In this document: one piece after another, positions 1 to 12,527 of the stretch | How positions within the stretch are numbered: the first letter of the stretch is position 1 | Layout of the letters: the number at the start of each line of letters is the position of its first letter | NCBI GenBank assembly: GCA_964016885.1 | Contig: OZ024743.1 | Span: forward strand, 113,150,001-113,214,000 | Direction: 5' to 3' | Length of the DNA: 64,000 nt | From: Eledone cirrhosa | Lineage: Eukaryota | Made by a program: the position numbers and the translations under genes | The notes under the pieces: generated by a model | The model's input: only the letters and a program-made list of their open reading frames with translations | Told to the model about the DNA's origin: nothing | The model's database searches: none

Positions 1-520
1 TTACTTGGTTTCTACAGCTGGATTCCCTTCCATTGTACAATGTGTACTGGGAGCATTTTATCATAACTTTATCACTACTACCTTTCAGGGTGCACAGGGC
101 GTTTTTTTTCTGTTTTGTTATAATATCAGCATCACCCCTTTACAGGGTGGATTGGGCACTTCTTGTGGCACCAACACTACCACTTTACTGGGTGGACAGG
201 GTGCTTTTTGTGGCACTAACAGTAATAACTAGCTGTTTTTTGTCATAACACCAGCTGTACTGCCTTAGAAGTGGGCTGGGTTCTATTTTGTTGCAATAGC
301 ACTGCTGCCTTACAGGGTGGGTTAGGTGCTTTTCTGTGGCACCTGAACTATTGCCTTACAGGGGGAACTGGGTGCCTTTTGTGATGACCCCAGTATTGGC
401 ACCATATAAAGAGGATTGGATGTTTTATCATCTTACAGAGAGGACTGTGTGTGATTTGTTAAGACACTGGTACTATCACATTACAGGGAAGATTGGATGC
501 TTTTTAGTGTGGCACATAAA
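1..520. repeat. Degenerate minisatellite (~55-60 bp unit), probably derived from an RTE/SINE tail
   Basis: Recurring ccttacagggtgga..gggtgctttttgtggcacc units. The opening ttggtttctacagctggat matches the RTE-type tails at 48.9 kb and 61.3 kb. Confidence 0.55.
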
Positions 521-642
521 TAGCAAATTACAACATGAAATCCAACAAACATTTTTTTGTAATGCTAAGACAGGCGGAAAGAGATAGGCCACGCCCATGA
601 AACCTTTTTTGGGGAGAGGCAGTGAGGAGAAAGAATCCTTAA

Positions 643-1055
643 CCCTTTAGCATTTACATTGCTCTATATTTACTATTATATTTTTACGGTAAATGCTTTA
701 TCTCACATAATATCAAATCTATGAGATTTTGTACTATTTATTTTGAGAACAATACCTTAATACCAGTATGAGCAGCCGGTTACAGCCGGTTTGAACAGAA
801 AGGGGTGAGAGAATTCTGGCTGGATACGGCTATTTAACCCTTTAGTATTCACATTACTCTATATATACTATTATATTTTCATGGTAAAGGTTTTACCTCG
901 CATAATTATCTCACAGATATTGAAAGTATTTATTTTGAGAACAATACCTTTACATCAGTTTGAGCGACCACTTACAGCCTGTTTCAACAAAATGAGTGAG
1001 AGAATTCTGGCCGGTTTTGGCCGTTTTGAACATTAAAGGGTTAAATGCTAAAGGG
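643..1055. mobile_element. piggyBac-like MITE with a second copy (838-1040) nested in its right end
   Basis: TTAA|CCCTTTAGCATT...AATGCTAAAGGG|TTAA. The inner copy is flanked by TTAA at 834-837 and 1041-1044. Confidence 0.85.
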
Positions 1056-1374
1056 TTAAACTGATGTGAATTCTTGTAGCAAAGTTGACTCCACTAAAAG
1101 GCTCCAAGGACCTAGAGATGGTAGATGACAGAATAAGTCTACCACTTAAGAACTCAAAATACATGAACCTTGAACAAGTACTGCAAGGTATTTCAAGCAA
1201 AATTTTAACAATTGTGCCAATCTACTACTCTAGTCTTTTGAAAGGATAATAAACAAAGTTCTTTAAACTCTGAACACAGCAGAGAACTAGAATGAATGTG
1301 ATGAGACATTTTATTCTATGGTCTAAGAATTCTGCCCATTCACGCCCCTAATAAAAACAAATAAAACAAAACCA

Positions 1375-1655
1375 GTCAAAGGGCAGAAATACTCATAAGA
1401 GTCAACGGCCATCTAAAAAAAAATCAAAAAAAAAATCCTGCCAAGTAGTTCCAGCTGCATGCATCAAAAGACTGGTGTAGTGGTTCTGAGAACAATGCAG
1501 CTTTGCAGATGATCAATGCAAATTGACAATGGAAAGGCGCTTCCGCTTGAGTTAGAAGAGAACTATTGACTTTCATAAGAAGCAGCGACCCCTGATTGTA
1601 TTCAGCAAACATAGAGGCACTGGAAAGAGCCATGGCTACTGCCCTCTCTGCACTG
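1375..1655 (-). mobile_element. RTE-type LINE 3' remnant
   Basis: Minus-strand tail gatggccgttgactcttatgag is also present at 53101. The preceding sequence resembles a degenerate C-terminal Cys/His knuckle. Confidence 0.45.
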
Positions 1656-2288
1656 AGATAATAATAAAATAATAAAATAAAAATAGCCAATATAAAACGA
1701 AGATCTTTTTCATGATTCTTACCTTCAATAAAAAAAATATATTGGCAATAACAACTGCCACTAAATCATTTCAATTGGCAAATAAGACAAGGAAAGTCTT
1801 GAAATATTGATGTTCTCTGGAACTTTATTGTTTGAAATAAAACATTAAATTCCTAATAAATAGTTAAAAGATTTGTATGATACTGTGTTTTCAAAACTAC
1901 AAGTTTAAAGAAAAATCAGCTCACATCTACACAACATGTCTGTGTGTGTGAGAGAGTGTGTTTATAAATGTTAGTAATAAAACACATCTTTTTTTTTTGC
2001 CTTTGGAAATGAATGTAGGAGTAAAGAACATAAAAACAATGGGAAATGAAGAGAGAAGAAAAAAGGTGAAAGAAGAAAGAAAGCAAGCATGAAGAATGTT
2101 TAAAGTAAAGAAATTTTAAATGTCCCAACAATTGTTTGGTTTTAATCCCAATTACCTCTGATCTGGTGATTAAATAGAGTTCTTATATTAATGTTGTGAG
2201 AAAAGTAAACAAGGTAAAACATGGCAGAACATTTAACGTTTGATATATTAAAATAAAAGAGTCTTAACATTTCGGACGTTAGTCCTGC

Positions 2289-2348
<60 letters not shown>

Positions 2349-2723
2349 AGGTGGTGGGGTGGTAAAAACAAAAAATGTGAACATTTATTTTCACCAAGAA
2401 GTTGCACTTCAAGAGCTGCAATTTGCCAATAAATTTTCTTTCAGACATTTAGGCCATTGGCAATATTCTGAATGAAATTGACAGCATCAAACCTTGACAG
2501 ATCTCATGAAAAAAATAAATATTCACCTTCATTTTTACATATTGGGGACTTCATCTTTTGATTATATATATATATATATATAACCAAATATTAATATGGT
2601 TCATTGATTACTCAATGAATATAGTTTTACAATAGATTAAAAGCACTCTACAAAGAAGTTTTCTGGAGTTATTAATATTATTCAGAATATTAATAAATGA
2701 AGACATTCACATAATCAAAATAT

Positions 2724-2793
2724 ATGTTTTATTATATATATTTCAAAGGTACTGTGCTGTTTTTTCAGTACATCCTCGTCAGATAAAATACAT
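2724..2793 (-). ncRNA. Type I minimal hammerhead ribozyme
   Basis: Minus strand: atgtattttat CTGACGA ggatgtactg-loop-cagtaccttt GAAA tatata TA^ataaaacat. Stem III is palindromic. Confidence 0.8.
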
Positions 2794-2960
2794 GAATTGA
2801 TGTATGACATACCTCAATGGTCTTGATGGTTCAATTCCAGTACTGCCAATACTGGAATTGAACCATCAAGACCATTGAGGTATGTCATACATCAATTCAT
2901 GTATTTTATCTGATGAGGACGTACTGAAAAAACAGCACAGTACATTCGAAATATATATAA

Positions 2961-3146
2961 TTGTTTCTACTTTAGGCACAAGGCCAGCAATTACTCAGTG
3001 CATTACTGGTACTTTATTTTATCGACCCCGTAAGGATGAAAGGCAAAGTCAACCTCGGCGGGATTTGAACTCAGATCGTAAAGGGACGTAACTATGCTGG
3101 AAAGCATGGCGTCCGACCCTCTACCGATACTGCCAATCCACCGCCC
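2961..3146 (-). mobile_element. tRNA-derived SINE (Meta-domain-like) with 16-17 bp TSD
   Basis: TSD ttcgaaatatatataa at 2945-2960 and 3147-3162. B-box gagttcaaatcc and central gcctttcatccttacggggtcgataaa are on the minus strand. Confidence 0.9.
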
Positions 3147-3614
3147 TTCGAAATATATATAATAAAACATATTTTGATTATGTGAATGTCTTCATTTATT
3201 AATATTCTGAATAATATATATATATATACCATCCTCCATGGAAATGCCTTCTCTATTCAGTTCTCATAATAGTGAGAGGTGAAGAGAGCAGGAGGGACAA
3301 AAGCAGTGACAGTGGGAGTTTGGTTCCTTTGTGTTCGGACCTGATGTATATGTATATATTTATTTACCACACCACATTAACTGTATATTTGAAAGTGTTT
3401 TTACTAACAATGTCAAGGACTAAAACAGGCATATTTAAGAAAGATATCCACATACACAGATACATACATATATCCATTTATACATACAAGCATGGGTACA
3501 TATATATAGAGAGAAAGAGATTGTAACGTCCAATTACTGTAGGTTCACCAGAGTAAGCACTCAATGCATAGTTTCCAGTAGGTATATTGGTGTTGTACTA
3601 AGCAGAATGTAATA

Positions 3615-3810
3615 CTAATAATAATAAAAAAGGACGAAGTTTTAGATCGTTAAGTTTTGAGTTGTGACAAGCGTTTCGCAATTGATCAGCTCAAGGCTCG
3701 ATCTAGCCCGACTCTGGATCAAAAGCCTTGAGCTGATCAATCGCAAAACGCACGTCACACCTCAATAAACGTAATGAAAATCTAACACTTCGCCCTTTTT
3801 ATTATTATTA
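3615..3810. mobile_element. Diverged fold-back PLE tail with 3' half of an HHR (GAAAC-gctt-GTC on minus)
   Basis: Inverted arms aataataataaaaaaggacgaag / cttcgccctttttattattatt. Confidence 0.55.
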
Positions 3811-3811
3811 G

Positions 3812-4099
3812 TGAGTTCAAATTCGTTAACTTTGCCTTTCATCCTTATGGGGTCGATGAAATAAAGCACCAGTAATGCACTGGGGTAATTGGTAGCCTTG
3901 TGTCAAAAGTAGAAACTTTATTATTAGTACTAGCAGAGGGTAGGACGCCATGCTTTGCAGCATAGAGTTACGGCCCTTGTCATTCTGAGTTCAAATCCCG
4001 CCGAGGTTAACTTTTCCTTTCATCCTTACGGGGTCGATAAAATAAAGTACCAGTAATGCACTGGGTAATTGCTGGTCTTGTGGCTAAAAGTAGAAACAA
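3812..4099 (+). mobile_element. Two tandem Meta-type SINEs (3812-3916 truncated; 3938-4099 with TSD)
   Basis: Same family as 2961-3146. TSD ttattagtactagcaga at 3921-3937 and 4100-4116. Confidence 0.85.
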
Positions 4100-4676
4100 T
4101 TATTAGTACTAGCAGAAAAACCACCCTTTGGGTGGTTTTCTGCTAGCATGTGTAGTGTGTATATTGATATTATACACAATATATATGCATGTAAATAAAA
4201 TCGTAATTGACAATATACACAGAAATTGAACAGTAATCAGTAATCCATGATATATTAAAAAAAAGACATTATATATAAACTGCATGAGGAGAAAATTAGC
4301 AACAGAAATATATGCGATTATAAGTGTTATAATATTATGACTGCTAACCGGAAGTGTTGACATTTGATAATTTTAAAGAAGTGAATTTTAAAGATTAAGC
4401 TATAAAATATATTTAATCAACAGCCACGAAATTTAGCACATAAATTATGTAATATTCATTCATTATTTATTCAAAGTAATCCAACTTATTTTACAAACGG
4501 GGTAAAAAAATATATTCTGAACGCAATCCCGCAGACCTTCCTTTATTATAGTTAAGATGTATGTATATATATATATACACACACTCTGTAAATATGAAAC
4601 TGTTGATGACAACATTAATGTCTATGTATCAATATGATTGTTCTGTCGAATAGGAAGTTAATTATATGTCTAAACT

Positions 4677-4731
4677 TTGCTAGTGCACCGATGATTCCAA
4701 ACGAAAGTTTGGAAGAAACGATTGTCAGCAA
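4677..4731 (+). ncRNA. Hammerhead motif with CCGAUGA core variant
   Basis: ttgct..CCGATGA ttccaaac-gaaa-gtttggaa GAAAC gatt GTC^agcaa. Stem II is a perfect 8 bp with a GAAA tetraloop. Confidence 0.65.
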
Positions 4732-5282
4732 TAAAATGTTTTGAACATAGTTTTGATTATTCTGTAATTTATATATATATATATAAATAAAATTCTTTGT
4801 CTTTCTGTCTGTTCCTATGCATTCCCAAACGACTGGACCAACTCAAACCAAATTTTACAAGGTATTAGACCACGGGTGTGTCAACATGTAATTTTTATTT
4901 TCATCTGGATTAAAACAATATAATATTTTATCTTAAATAACATTTCTCTGGTGAACTATAGTAAATCACGACGAAGATGAGTCACATTTTGTATTTGAGT
5001 GTGTATGTGTTTGCGAGTTCGTTACTACGTAAGTTACATACACATTATCTTCACATGCAGGCAATTAAACACATGCACACACACACACACATCTACTCAT
5101 ACAGATACATATGTGATGACAGACAGGTGTGTGCGAATGTATGTCTGTGTGTGTCTGTCTTAGTATATGCATGTGAAAGTGTATGTGTATCTTCATATTT
5201 ATTGTTTACTAATCTGAATAAGAACAGCAGTAACCTGGGCAATTCAGCTAGTGTATATATATATATATATATATATAAGGAC

Positions 5283-5412
5283 AACTTCGCCTTACATCTT
5301 TATCTTTCCGAGGTTGATAAAATAATAAAGTACCAGTAAAGTATTGGGGTTGATATAATTGACTTCCCACTTTCCCCCAAATTGCTGGCCTTGTACAAAT
5401 ATTAGAAAGAAT
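5283..5412 (+). mobile_element. 5'-truncated Meta-type SINE
   Basis: ccgaggttgataaaata..aagtaccag...gctggccttgt matches the body of the 3938 SINE. Confidence 0.6.
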
Positions 5413-5863
5413 TATTTACATAGAAAAGAACTTTTCTGAATCACATGCTAAAGGAAAGTGTATTTTAATTTTGGTGTTGATGTTATTTTTGAGTTGGTAT
5501 TTCCAATTTTCAGCGTAAGTATCATGTGTTTGCTTATAGGAAGAGTAATATGTTGAGATATTTTATTCATAATTATTTATGAGTGTTTATACAGATGTAC
5601 AAAATATCTGAAGAACAATGAAAACCAGTAATTGTGAGTTTATGTGTGTCTAGACATATCAACAGATATTGCAAAAGTCTATAATATTTGTATGTGTGGG
5701 TGTACATATGTGAATAAATACCTCAAACATTTAATATTTGTGTGTTTTTCTATATTTAAAACAAGTCTTGTGGACTTAACCAACTTTTTTTTTAATGTCA
5801 ATATGTCTGTTTACAATGTATGTCTTCATATCTATCTACCCACCTATCTTTCTGTGTGTGTAA

Positions 5864-6175
5864 TATCATCATCATCATACGTCCACTTTTCCCTGCTTGC
5901 AAGGGTGGGACGGGACCTGATTCTGGCTTGATTTCTACAGCTGGATGCCCTTCTTAACACCAACCTCATTTACAGTGAGTGCTGGGTGCTTTTTTTGCCG
6001 TGACACCTCGAACACCACTTTGCAGTGGAATGATAGGGACCCCAGTCCATATCATCTCATTTCTACAGCCAAGTAAACTGGAGCAATGTGAAATAAAGTG
6101 TCTTGCTCAAGGAAACAACACATCACCCGGTCTGAGAATTGAACTCACAACCTTTCGATTGCAAGCCATGTGCCT

Positions 6176-6177
<2 letters not shown>
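5864..6177 (-). mobile_element. CORE-type tRNA SINE with RTE-derived tail
   Basis: Reverse complement of the copies at 34672 and 43874; (ATG)n tail. Confidence 0.85.
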
Positions 6178-6222
<45 letters not shown>

Positions 6223-6267
6223 TAAACAAATAATGAACAAACAATTCCTTATATTAAACAAAAAAAG

Positions 6268-6422
6268 TTCACTATTTAACGATCGTTTCTAGGGTATATA
6301 TGTGTTATAATTGGTATGCATATTTAACAGATCTATGTACAAAATTATACAAAATTATACAAATTATCAAGATTAAATATACATACCTAACTCATATATA
6401 CGCCGTCTTCAGAAATAATGAA
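6268..6422 (-). ncRNA. Hammerhead ribozyme, antisense copy in the inverted pLTR piece
   Basis: Reverse complement of 6785-6939. Confidence 0.7.
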
Positions 6423-6432
6423 GTATATTTAT

Positions 6433-7130
6433 TGTGTGTGTTTGTATGTTCGTGGTTATGTGTATGTTTATGCATATACGCACATGTATGTGTGATTATA
6501 CTGATATGTGTGAGTATGGAAAAAAATATATTTATATGCTTGACTCCATAAGTATCATTGCGTATCTTATCAGCGCTTTAAGCTTACAGAGATATTAACC
6601 TTGAAATTTTGTGTTTGCATCCATCTTTTTAGTATGCACATACAAATTATACACACATTATTGTAAAATATGTGTAAGGTTTTTACATGTATATACACAC
6701 ACCAAACTGCTTTTAACCCTTTGTGTTTTCATTGGTCAATTTTGAACTGATATTTTGAATTGTTGTTATTATCAATAAATATACTTCATTATTTCTGAAG
6801 ACGGCGTATATATGAGTTAGGTATGTATATTTAATCTTGATAATTTGTATAATTTTGTATAATTTTGTACATAGATCTGTTAAATATGCATACCAATTAT
6901 AACACATATATACCCTAGAAACGATCGTTAAATAGTGAACTTTTTTTGTTTAATATAAGGAATTGTTTGTTCATTATTTGTTTAATATTTTATCTTGACT
7001 CTGTATACCGTTTATCTTTCACCGAAAGTGGATTTTCATTACATCTCTTCTTTCCATGATATCCGGAATACATTGAGTTCTTCATACGGATTGGACACTA
7101 CCGTAAACTCTTGGTAGATTTATCTACATA
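6433..7130 (+). repeat. 5' pseudo-LTR (698 bp)
   Basis: Direct repeat of 12528-13225 (offset 6095). Only one difference was noticed by eye (tgtata vs tgcata). Confidence 0.95.
6785..6939 (+). ncRNA. Type I hammerhead with 116-nt stem II
   Basis: ttcattattt CTGAAGA [6802-6917 long hairpin] GAAAC gatc GTT^aaatagtgaa. Stem I is 10 bp. Confidence 0.75.
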
Positions 7131-7282
7131 ATTTTGCTCCTATTTTCACGGAAATATTCGTATTTTTGTACTGTATGTGTGTATTAATTTTATATTTATG
7201 TATAAACATATATATATGTATGATTTTGTAAACCCATATACATTTAGTTGAGCTCTTTCAATTGTCCATCATCCATATCACA

Positions 7283-9724
7283 ATGGAAAAACAATATTTA
7301 GGAACCTCCTTAAAAAACATACCAATACCTTCTAAGGACGACTTCTTACTCCTTATGATTCAGAAAACTAATAATTTTATCAGAAGGGTTAGATGGAGAG
7401 CCTACCACTTCGATAGAAAATCTATACAAGCAGATCGGAAATATATGTATGATTTCAACACTTACAAGAATCCACCACACAACTTTTTACTTGAAGACTT
7501 CGAGAAAGACCTTTTTAATTTAATTAAACACCTCAAATTTAAAAAGTATAAATCCGTCTTTCAAAAGGACCTTGATTCTACCCTATTGGACCTAAAAAAG
7601 TCTAAAAAAATCCATGTCCACTCGGACAAAACTGGTAACTTGTATCATATGGATATTGAACATTATAATGAGTTCATATATAAAGAACTCAGAAAAAATT
7701 ATAAAAAATCTAATAATGTGTCACTCACCAACATCAACAACAAAACACACAACATAGTAAAAAAACTAAATATTGAAGATAGAACTGAACCTTTGGCATT
7801 GAAAAGACCACACTTCAACCTGAAAGATCACAAATCTAACTTTAACTCTAATCCTTCTATTAGACTTATATGTCCCTCCAAATCAGATATTGGAATAATT
7901 AGCAAAAAAATTTTAGATAGAGTCATCCCACAAATAAGAAAATACGTTATTTTACCACTCTGGGAAAACACCTCCCAGGTAATTAATTGGTTTAAAAATA
8001 TTAGGTGTAAATCTTCTGCTTCTTTCCTACAATTTGATATAGATAATTACTATTCTTCTATATCACCCATACTCCTGAACAAAGCATTAATATTTGCTAA
8101 AAATAGATCTAATTTAACTTCGGATGACATTAACATTATTACACATGCTAGACAAACACTTATTGAATTTCAGAATGAGTACTGGACCAGAAACACATAC
8201 AGTAATCTTTTTGATATTACTATGGGTTCAAGCGATTCCGCCCAAATTACTGATCTTGTGGGCCTCTTTCTCCTTTTCAACATAAATGCCTCTTTTCCCC
8301 ACCTCAAAGGTGGTTTATATCGTGATGACTGTCTTCTTCTTTCTAACAACCTTAGCCTTTCAGAAATCGAAAAAAACAAAAAGCATATTAGAACTTTCCT
8401 TAAAGACTATTATAATCTTAATATTACTTTTGAAAAAACAAGTAAAGTAGTAAATTTCCTAGATATAACTTTAGATTTAGCTACGGGTATATACCAACCT
8501 TACCATAAACCTAACCAAAACTTACATTACATACACTCACAATCTAATCACCCTAAATCTATCCTTAAAAACCTTGCATATAATATATCACTTAGAATTT
8601 CTAACCTTTCTTCTAACCAAGATGTATTTGATAAAAATGCGACCTTTTATAATGAAGCTCTAGATAGAAGTGGCCACAAAAATAGATTAGAGTATATACC
8701 TTCTACTAAAAATACTGAAAGCATACAGCATAATATTACCAACAAACACCAAATGAAAAGTACACACCTAAATGCCACCCACAGTATACCCCAAAATACT
8801 AAATCTTCTAATATAAAGTATAGTAACCCTCAAAAAACTACTCATCATACAACTATAATAAATATTAATAATAAAACTCCTAATAAAAAAGATAAAACAC
8901 CTAAATCTACAAATATAACTAAAAATAGTTGTGGTGAGATCATTAACATTAATCCTCCTAGTAAAAATCATGATACAACATATAAAAATAATAAAAATAA
9001 TAAACAACATAGAAACCGTAATAGACGAGTTACTTGGTATAATGCTCCTTTTAATTTACAAGTTAAGGATAATATTGCTAAAAAATTTTTTTATATCCTT
9101 GAGAAAAACTTCCCGCCAAACCACAAATACCATCAAATCTTAAATAGGTCTACAGTTAAATTCTCATACTCTACAACAAATAACATAAAACAAAATATAA
9201 GTGCATATAATGCATATAAATGTAAGAAAACCATAAGTATACCACCAGTACATCAAATTAACAATAATATCTCCTCAAATACAGAATTAACGAAAGGATG
9301 TAACTGTAGAAACAAAACAAACTGCCCATTAAAAGGGAATTGTCTTGTTAACAACATAGTCTATAAATGTAATGTTAAAACTAAAGATTCTATTTGCTCA
9401 TATATAGGAGCTACCTCTAACAATTTTAAGACAAGGTATAATACCCACAAACATAGCTTTAAAAATGCCGCACTGGCTAATACAACATCTCTAGCAGAAA
9501 AAATCAATAGTTATAAAAATAAAAAAATAAAATATGATTTGACCTGGAGTGTGCTCAAAAGAGCCACCCCTTATCAAAATAATAGAAAGGAATGTAGATT
9601 ATGTTCCCAAGAACTATTTGAAATAATGAAGTCTAGGGATATCTTATTAAATAAAAGACAGGAATTAATTATATCGTGTAATCATAAACTAAAAAAAACA
9701 TTTAAATATTATAAACCTAATTAA
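7283..9724 (+). CDS. PLE reverse transcriptase + GIY-YIG endonuclease (813 aa from ATG 7283), uninterrupted
   Basis: Motifs KNIPIPS, DKT, FDIDNYY, MGS, YRDD, FLD, S-N-H-P; CNC..CPL.G.CL linker; IVY...YIG; C-terminal CRLC. Confidence 0.95.
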   Translation: MEKQYLGTSLKNIPIPSKDDFLLLMIQKTNNFIRRVRWRAYHFDRKSIQADRKYMYDFNTYKNPPHNFLLEDFEKDLFNLIKHLKFKKYKSVFQKDLDSTLLDLKKSKKIHVHSDKTGNLYHMDIEHYNEFIYKELRKNYKKSNNVSLTNINNKTHNIVKKLNIEDRTEPLALKRPHFNLKDHKSNFNSNPSIRLICPSKSDIGIISKKILDRVIPQIRKYVILPLWENTSQVINWFKNIRCKSSASFLQFDIDNYYSSISPILLNKALIFAKNRSNLTSDDINIITHARQTLIEFQNEYWTRNTYSNLFDITMGSSDSAQITDLVGLFLLFNINASFPHLKGGLYRDDCLLLSNNLSLSEIEKNKKHIRTFLKDYYNLNITFEKTSKVVNFLDITLDLATGIYQPYHKPNQNLHYIHSQSNHPKSILKNLAYNISLRISNLSSNQDVFDKNATFYNEALDRSGHKNRLEYIPSTKNTESIQHNITNKHQMKSTHLNATHSIPQNTKSSNIKYSNPQKTTHHTTIININNKTPNKKDKTPKSTNITKNSCGEIININPPSKNHDTTYKNNKNNKQHRNRNRRVTWYNAPFNLQVKDNIAKKFFYILEKNFPPNHKYHQILNRSTVKFSYSTTNNIKQNISAYNAYKCKKTISIPPVHQINNNISSNTELTKGCNCRNKTNCPLKGNCLVNNIVYKCNVKTKDSICSYIGATSNNFKTRYNTHKHSFKNAALANTTSLAEKINSYKNKKIKYDLTWSVLKRATPYQNNRKECRLCSQELFEIMKSRDILLNKRQELIISCNHKLKKTFKYYKPN

Positions 9725-10199
9725 TAACATTATTCTAGAATTTAATTTAATTTAAATGTTAGTTAACCTATAAATTTAATTTAATTAATATTTTATTACA
9801 GATGAGAAAATATTATGTAATCATAAATTTTGAAAAACCTTTAAATATTACTAATATATACTCAGTAATTTAATTTATAGATTAATTTTAATTTATTTTA
9901 ACCTTTTATTATAATTTTTTTTATTATAAAAAAATTTTTTTTATTATAATTCTTTTACAGATAAAATATAACAAAATAATATCATGTATCCTATGACGGA
10001 GAAAGAATTTTTAGTATTATAGACCTAATTAATATACATTTTGGAAATATATTTATTATTTGGTTTTAGTTTTAATCAACCTAAAACTTTAATTTTAATT
10101 TGCTTAAAATTAGTATCCTTGTACAGACGAATTGCAGAATGTCATGTAATCATAGAATGGGATGTGTTTTGGATATATACCTAGTTAATATATTCTGTG

Positions 10200-11464
10200 C
10201 AATTTTTTGAAAAAGATATGTATATCTATATGTATATGTATATGTGTGTGTTGTATGTGTATCTGTATGTATATTTATGTGACTATATATGTATGTATGT
10301 GTATATATATGTATATATATATATATATGTGTGTGTATATGTATATATATGTGTATGTGTATGTATATGTATATGTATGCGTATTAATTTTGATTTTTAT
10401 TTGCATATAATTATATTATGCTATTGATGAAATACAATATCTGCTTTATGTATTGTATACCTAATTAACATATACTAATTAACGTATACTATTGAAATAA
10501 ATATATAATTTTTAATTTAGTTAACATATAATTTATATGCTACTACCGATGTAATACTTTATTTTATTTTTATTTGGATTTCTTTTCCCTATTACTAAAT
10601 TCATCTCCTAATATTGATACCATAACGTTATTAACTTTAATTTAGTTATAATGTAATTAATAATCTACTACTGTTTGACTTCATAATTATGCTTCAAATA
10701 TTATAAACCTAACTAATTTACACCTTGGAAATCAATATGTTGACTATCTTTGGTTTAGTTAACATATGATTAATGGTATACTTTTTTGTTTTGAGATGCA
10801 TAGATTTCGTATTTCCTAGCACTGAAAATATGTAAGAACATACATTGAATTAAGATACGGAAAATATTATATGTTTCTTGAAACATATATTTACTTTGAT
10901 CCCCTTCTCCAAACCCCCCCTTTCCCCCATACTATTATCATCTGTTTTTGTAAGCGTATATGTATGAATATATGTGTAGGTGGGTGTCTATATAGGTTTT
11001 GGTATTTATTTCTAAATATAAAAATACATATATGAGCATGTAAATATGAATGTAAGATTGAGTGTGTATATATGATTGTACATATATATGTATGTATATA
11101 TATGTATATATATGTATTATATATGTATGTGTATGTGAATGTGTGGTATGTATATGTGTATGTATATGTATATATGTGTATGTATGTGTATGCTTGTATA
11201 TAGGAATATATATATGTGTGTATATATGTATGTATATGTATATGCGTGTTTGTATGTATGTGTATATAGGTTCTGTATATATTTGTATGTCTCTCTATTT
11301 ATATGTTTATCTTCGTATCTATGTGATATATGTGTGTGTGTGTGCACGTATACATATGTATGTGTTTGTGTGTGTTTGTATGTGTGTGTGTATATATATG
11401 TGTATTTGCGCACACTCACATATACACATATATATATATATATATGTGAGTGTGTATGTGTGTC

Positions 11465-11495
<31 letters not shown>

Positions 11496-11682
11496 ATATA
11501 TATATGTATATATATGTATATATATATATATAGATATATATATATATATATATATATGTGTATATAGGTGTCTATGTGTGAATATATGTCTTTATTCGTA
11601 TGTGTGTATTTATGTATGTATATATTTATGTGTATGTATGTATGTGTATGTATGTATGTATATATATATATATATGTATATA

Positions 11683-11715
<33 letters not shown>

Positions 11716-12059
11716 TATTCTTTATTATTATTGTAATATAACTTATGTGTATATGTGTATAAGTGAGGTTGTGTATGTATATATACTATGTGTATATATA
11801 AGAGTAATGAAGTATATATATATATATATATATGTGCATGTCTGTTTTTTATGTGTGTGTATATATATATATGTGTATGTGTATATGTGTGTATATATGT
11901 ATATATATGTGTACGTGTGTGTATGTGGATATGTATGTATATATATATATATATATACATGTGGGTGTTTGTATGTGTATTTATGGTGGTATGAGTGTGT
12001 GGATATATATGTTTGTATATATATGTGTATATGTATATATATATATATATATGAGTCTA

Positions 12060-12106
<47 letters not shown>

Positions 12107-12300
12107 ATGTGTGTATGTGTTGCGCGTGAGTGTGTGTGTATTTATATCTTTTTATATGTGTATGTGTATGTTCGTGTAAATGTATGTGTGTGTATGACTG
12201 TATAGGTATGTGTGTATGTATGTATGTGTAAATATCTCTATGTGCGCGTACATGTATGTATGTGTATGTATATCTGTATGTGTATGTACATTATATTATT
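10200..12300. repeat. (TA)/(TG) mosaic microsatellite inside the PLE 3' region
   Basis: Nearly continuous tatg/tgtg/tata repeats (unique AT-rich stretch ~10400-11050), lying between the ORF and the 3' pLTR. Confidence 0.9.
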
Positions 12301-12527
12301 TTTATTATATTTTATTGTTTTTATTTTTTTATTTTTCTTAATTTATAGATACATTTATATTAGGCAGTCTGGTCTGACAATCTAATACAGACCCCTCCCC
12401 CCCCCCCCCTCCCACCTAATTTCTGTATCTTGATCTTGAAATGTGTGTACCAGTGTTTTTATGTGAGTGACTTAATTTCTATTTGCTTATGATTTTATAT
12501 CCACATATATAAATGTGAGTGGGGGAG

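Larger units (their letters stand above)
2673..3216. mobile_element. Fold-back PLE tail fragment with an HHR on each arm; right arm interrupted by a SINE
   Basis: Near-perfect inverted arms around a 7-nt centre (2843-2849), flanked by (TA)n. Confidence 0.8.

Noticed and set aside
1424-1690. 88-aa minus-strand ORF as a host exon
   Set aside because: It runs into an RTE-type tail shared with 53101 and is more likely a LINE remnant.
7283-9724. Selenoprotein-type Naiad
   Set aside because: No in-frame UGA; the ORF ends in TAA and no SECIS was recognised.
10197-12205. Cys/Val/Tyr/Ile-rich ORFs
   Set aside because: Translations of TA/TG microsatellite.
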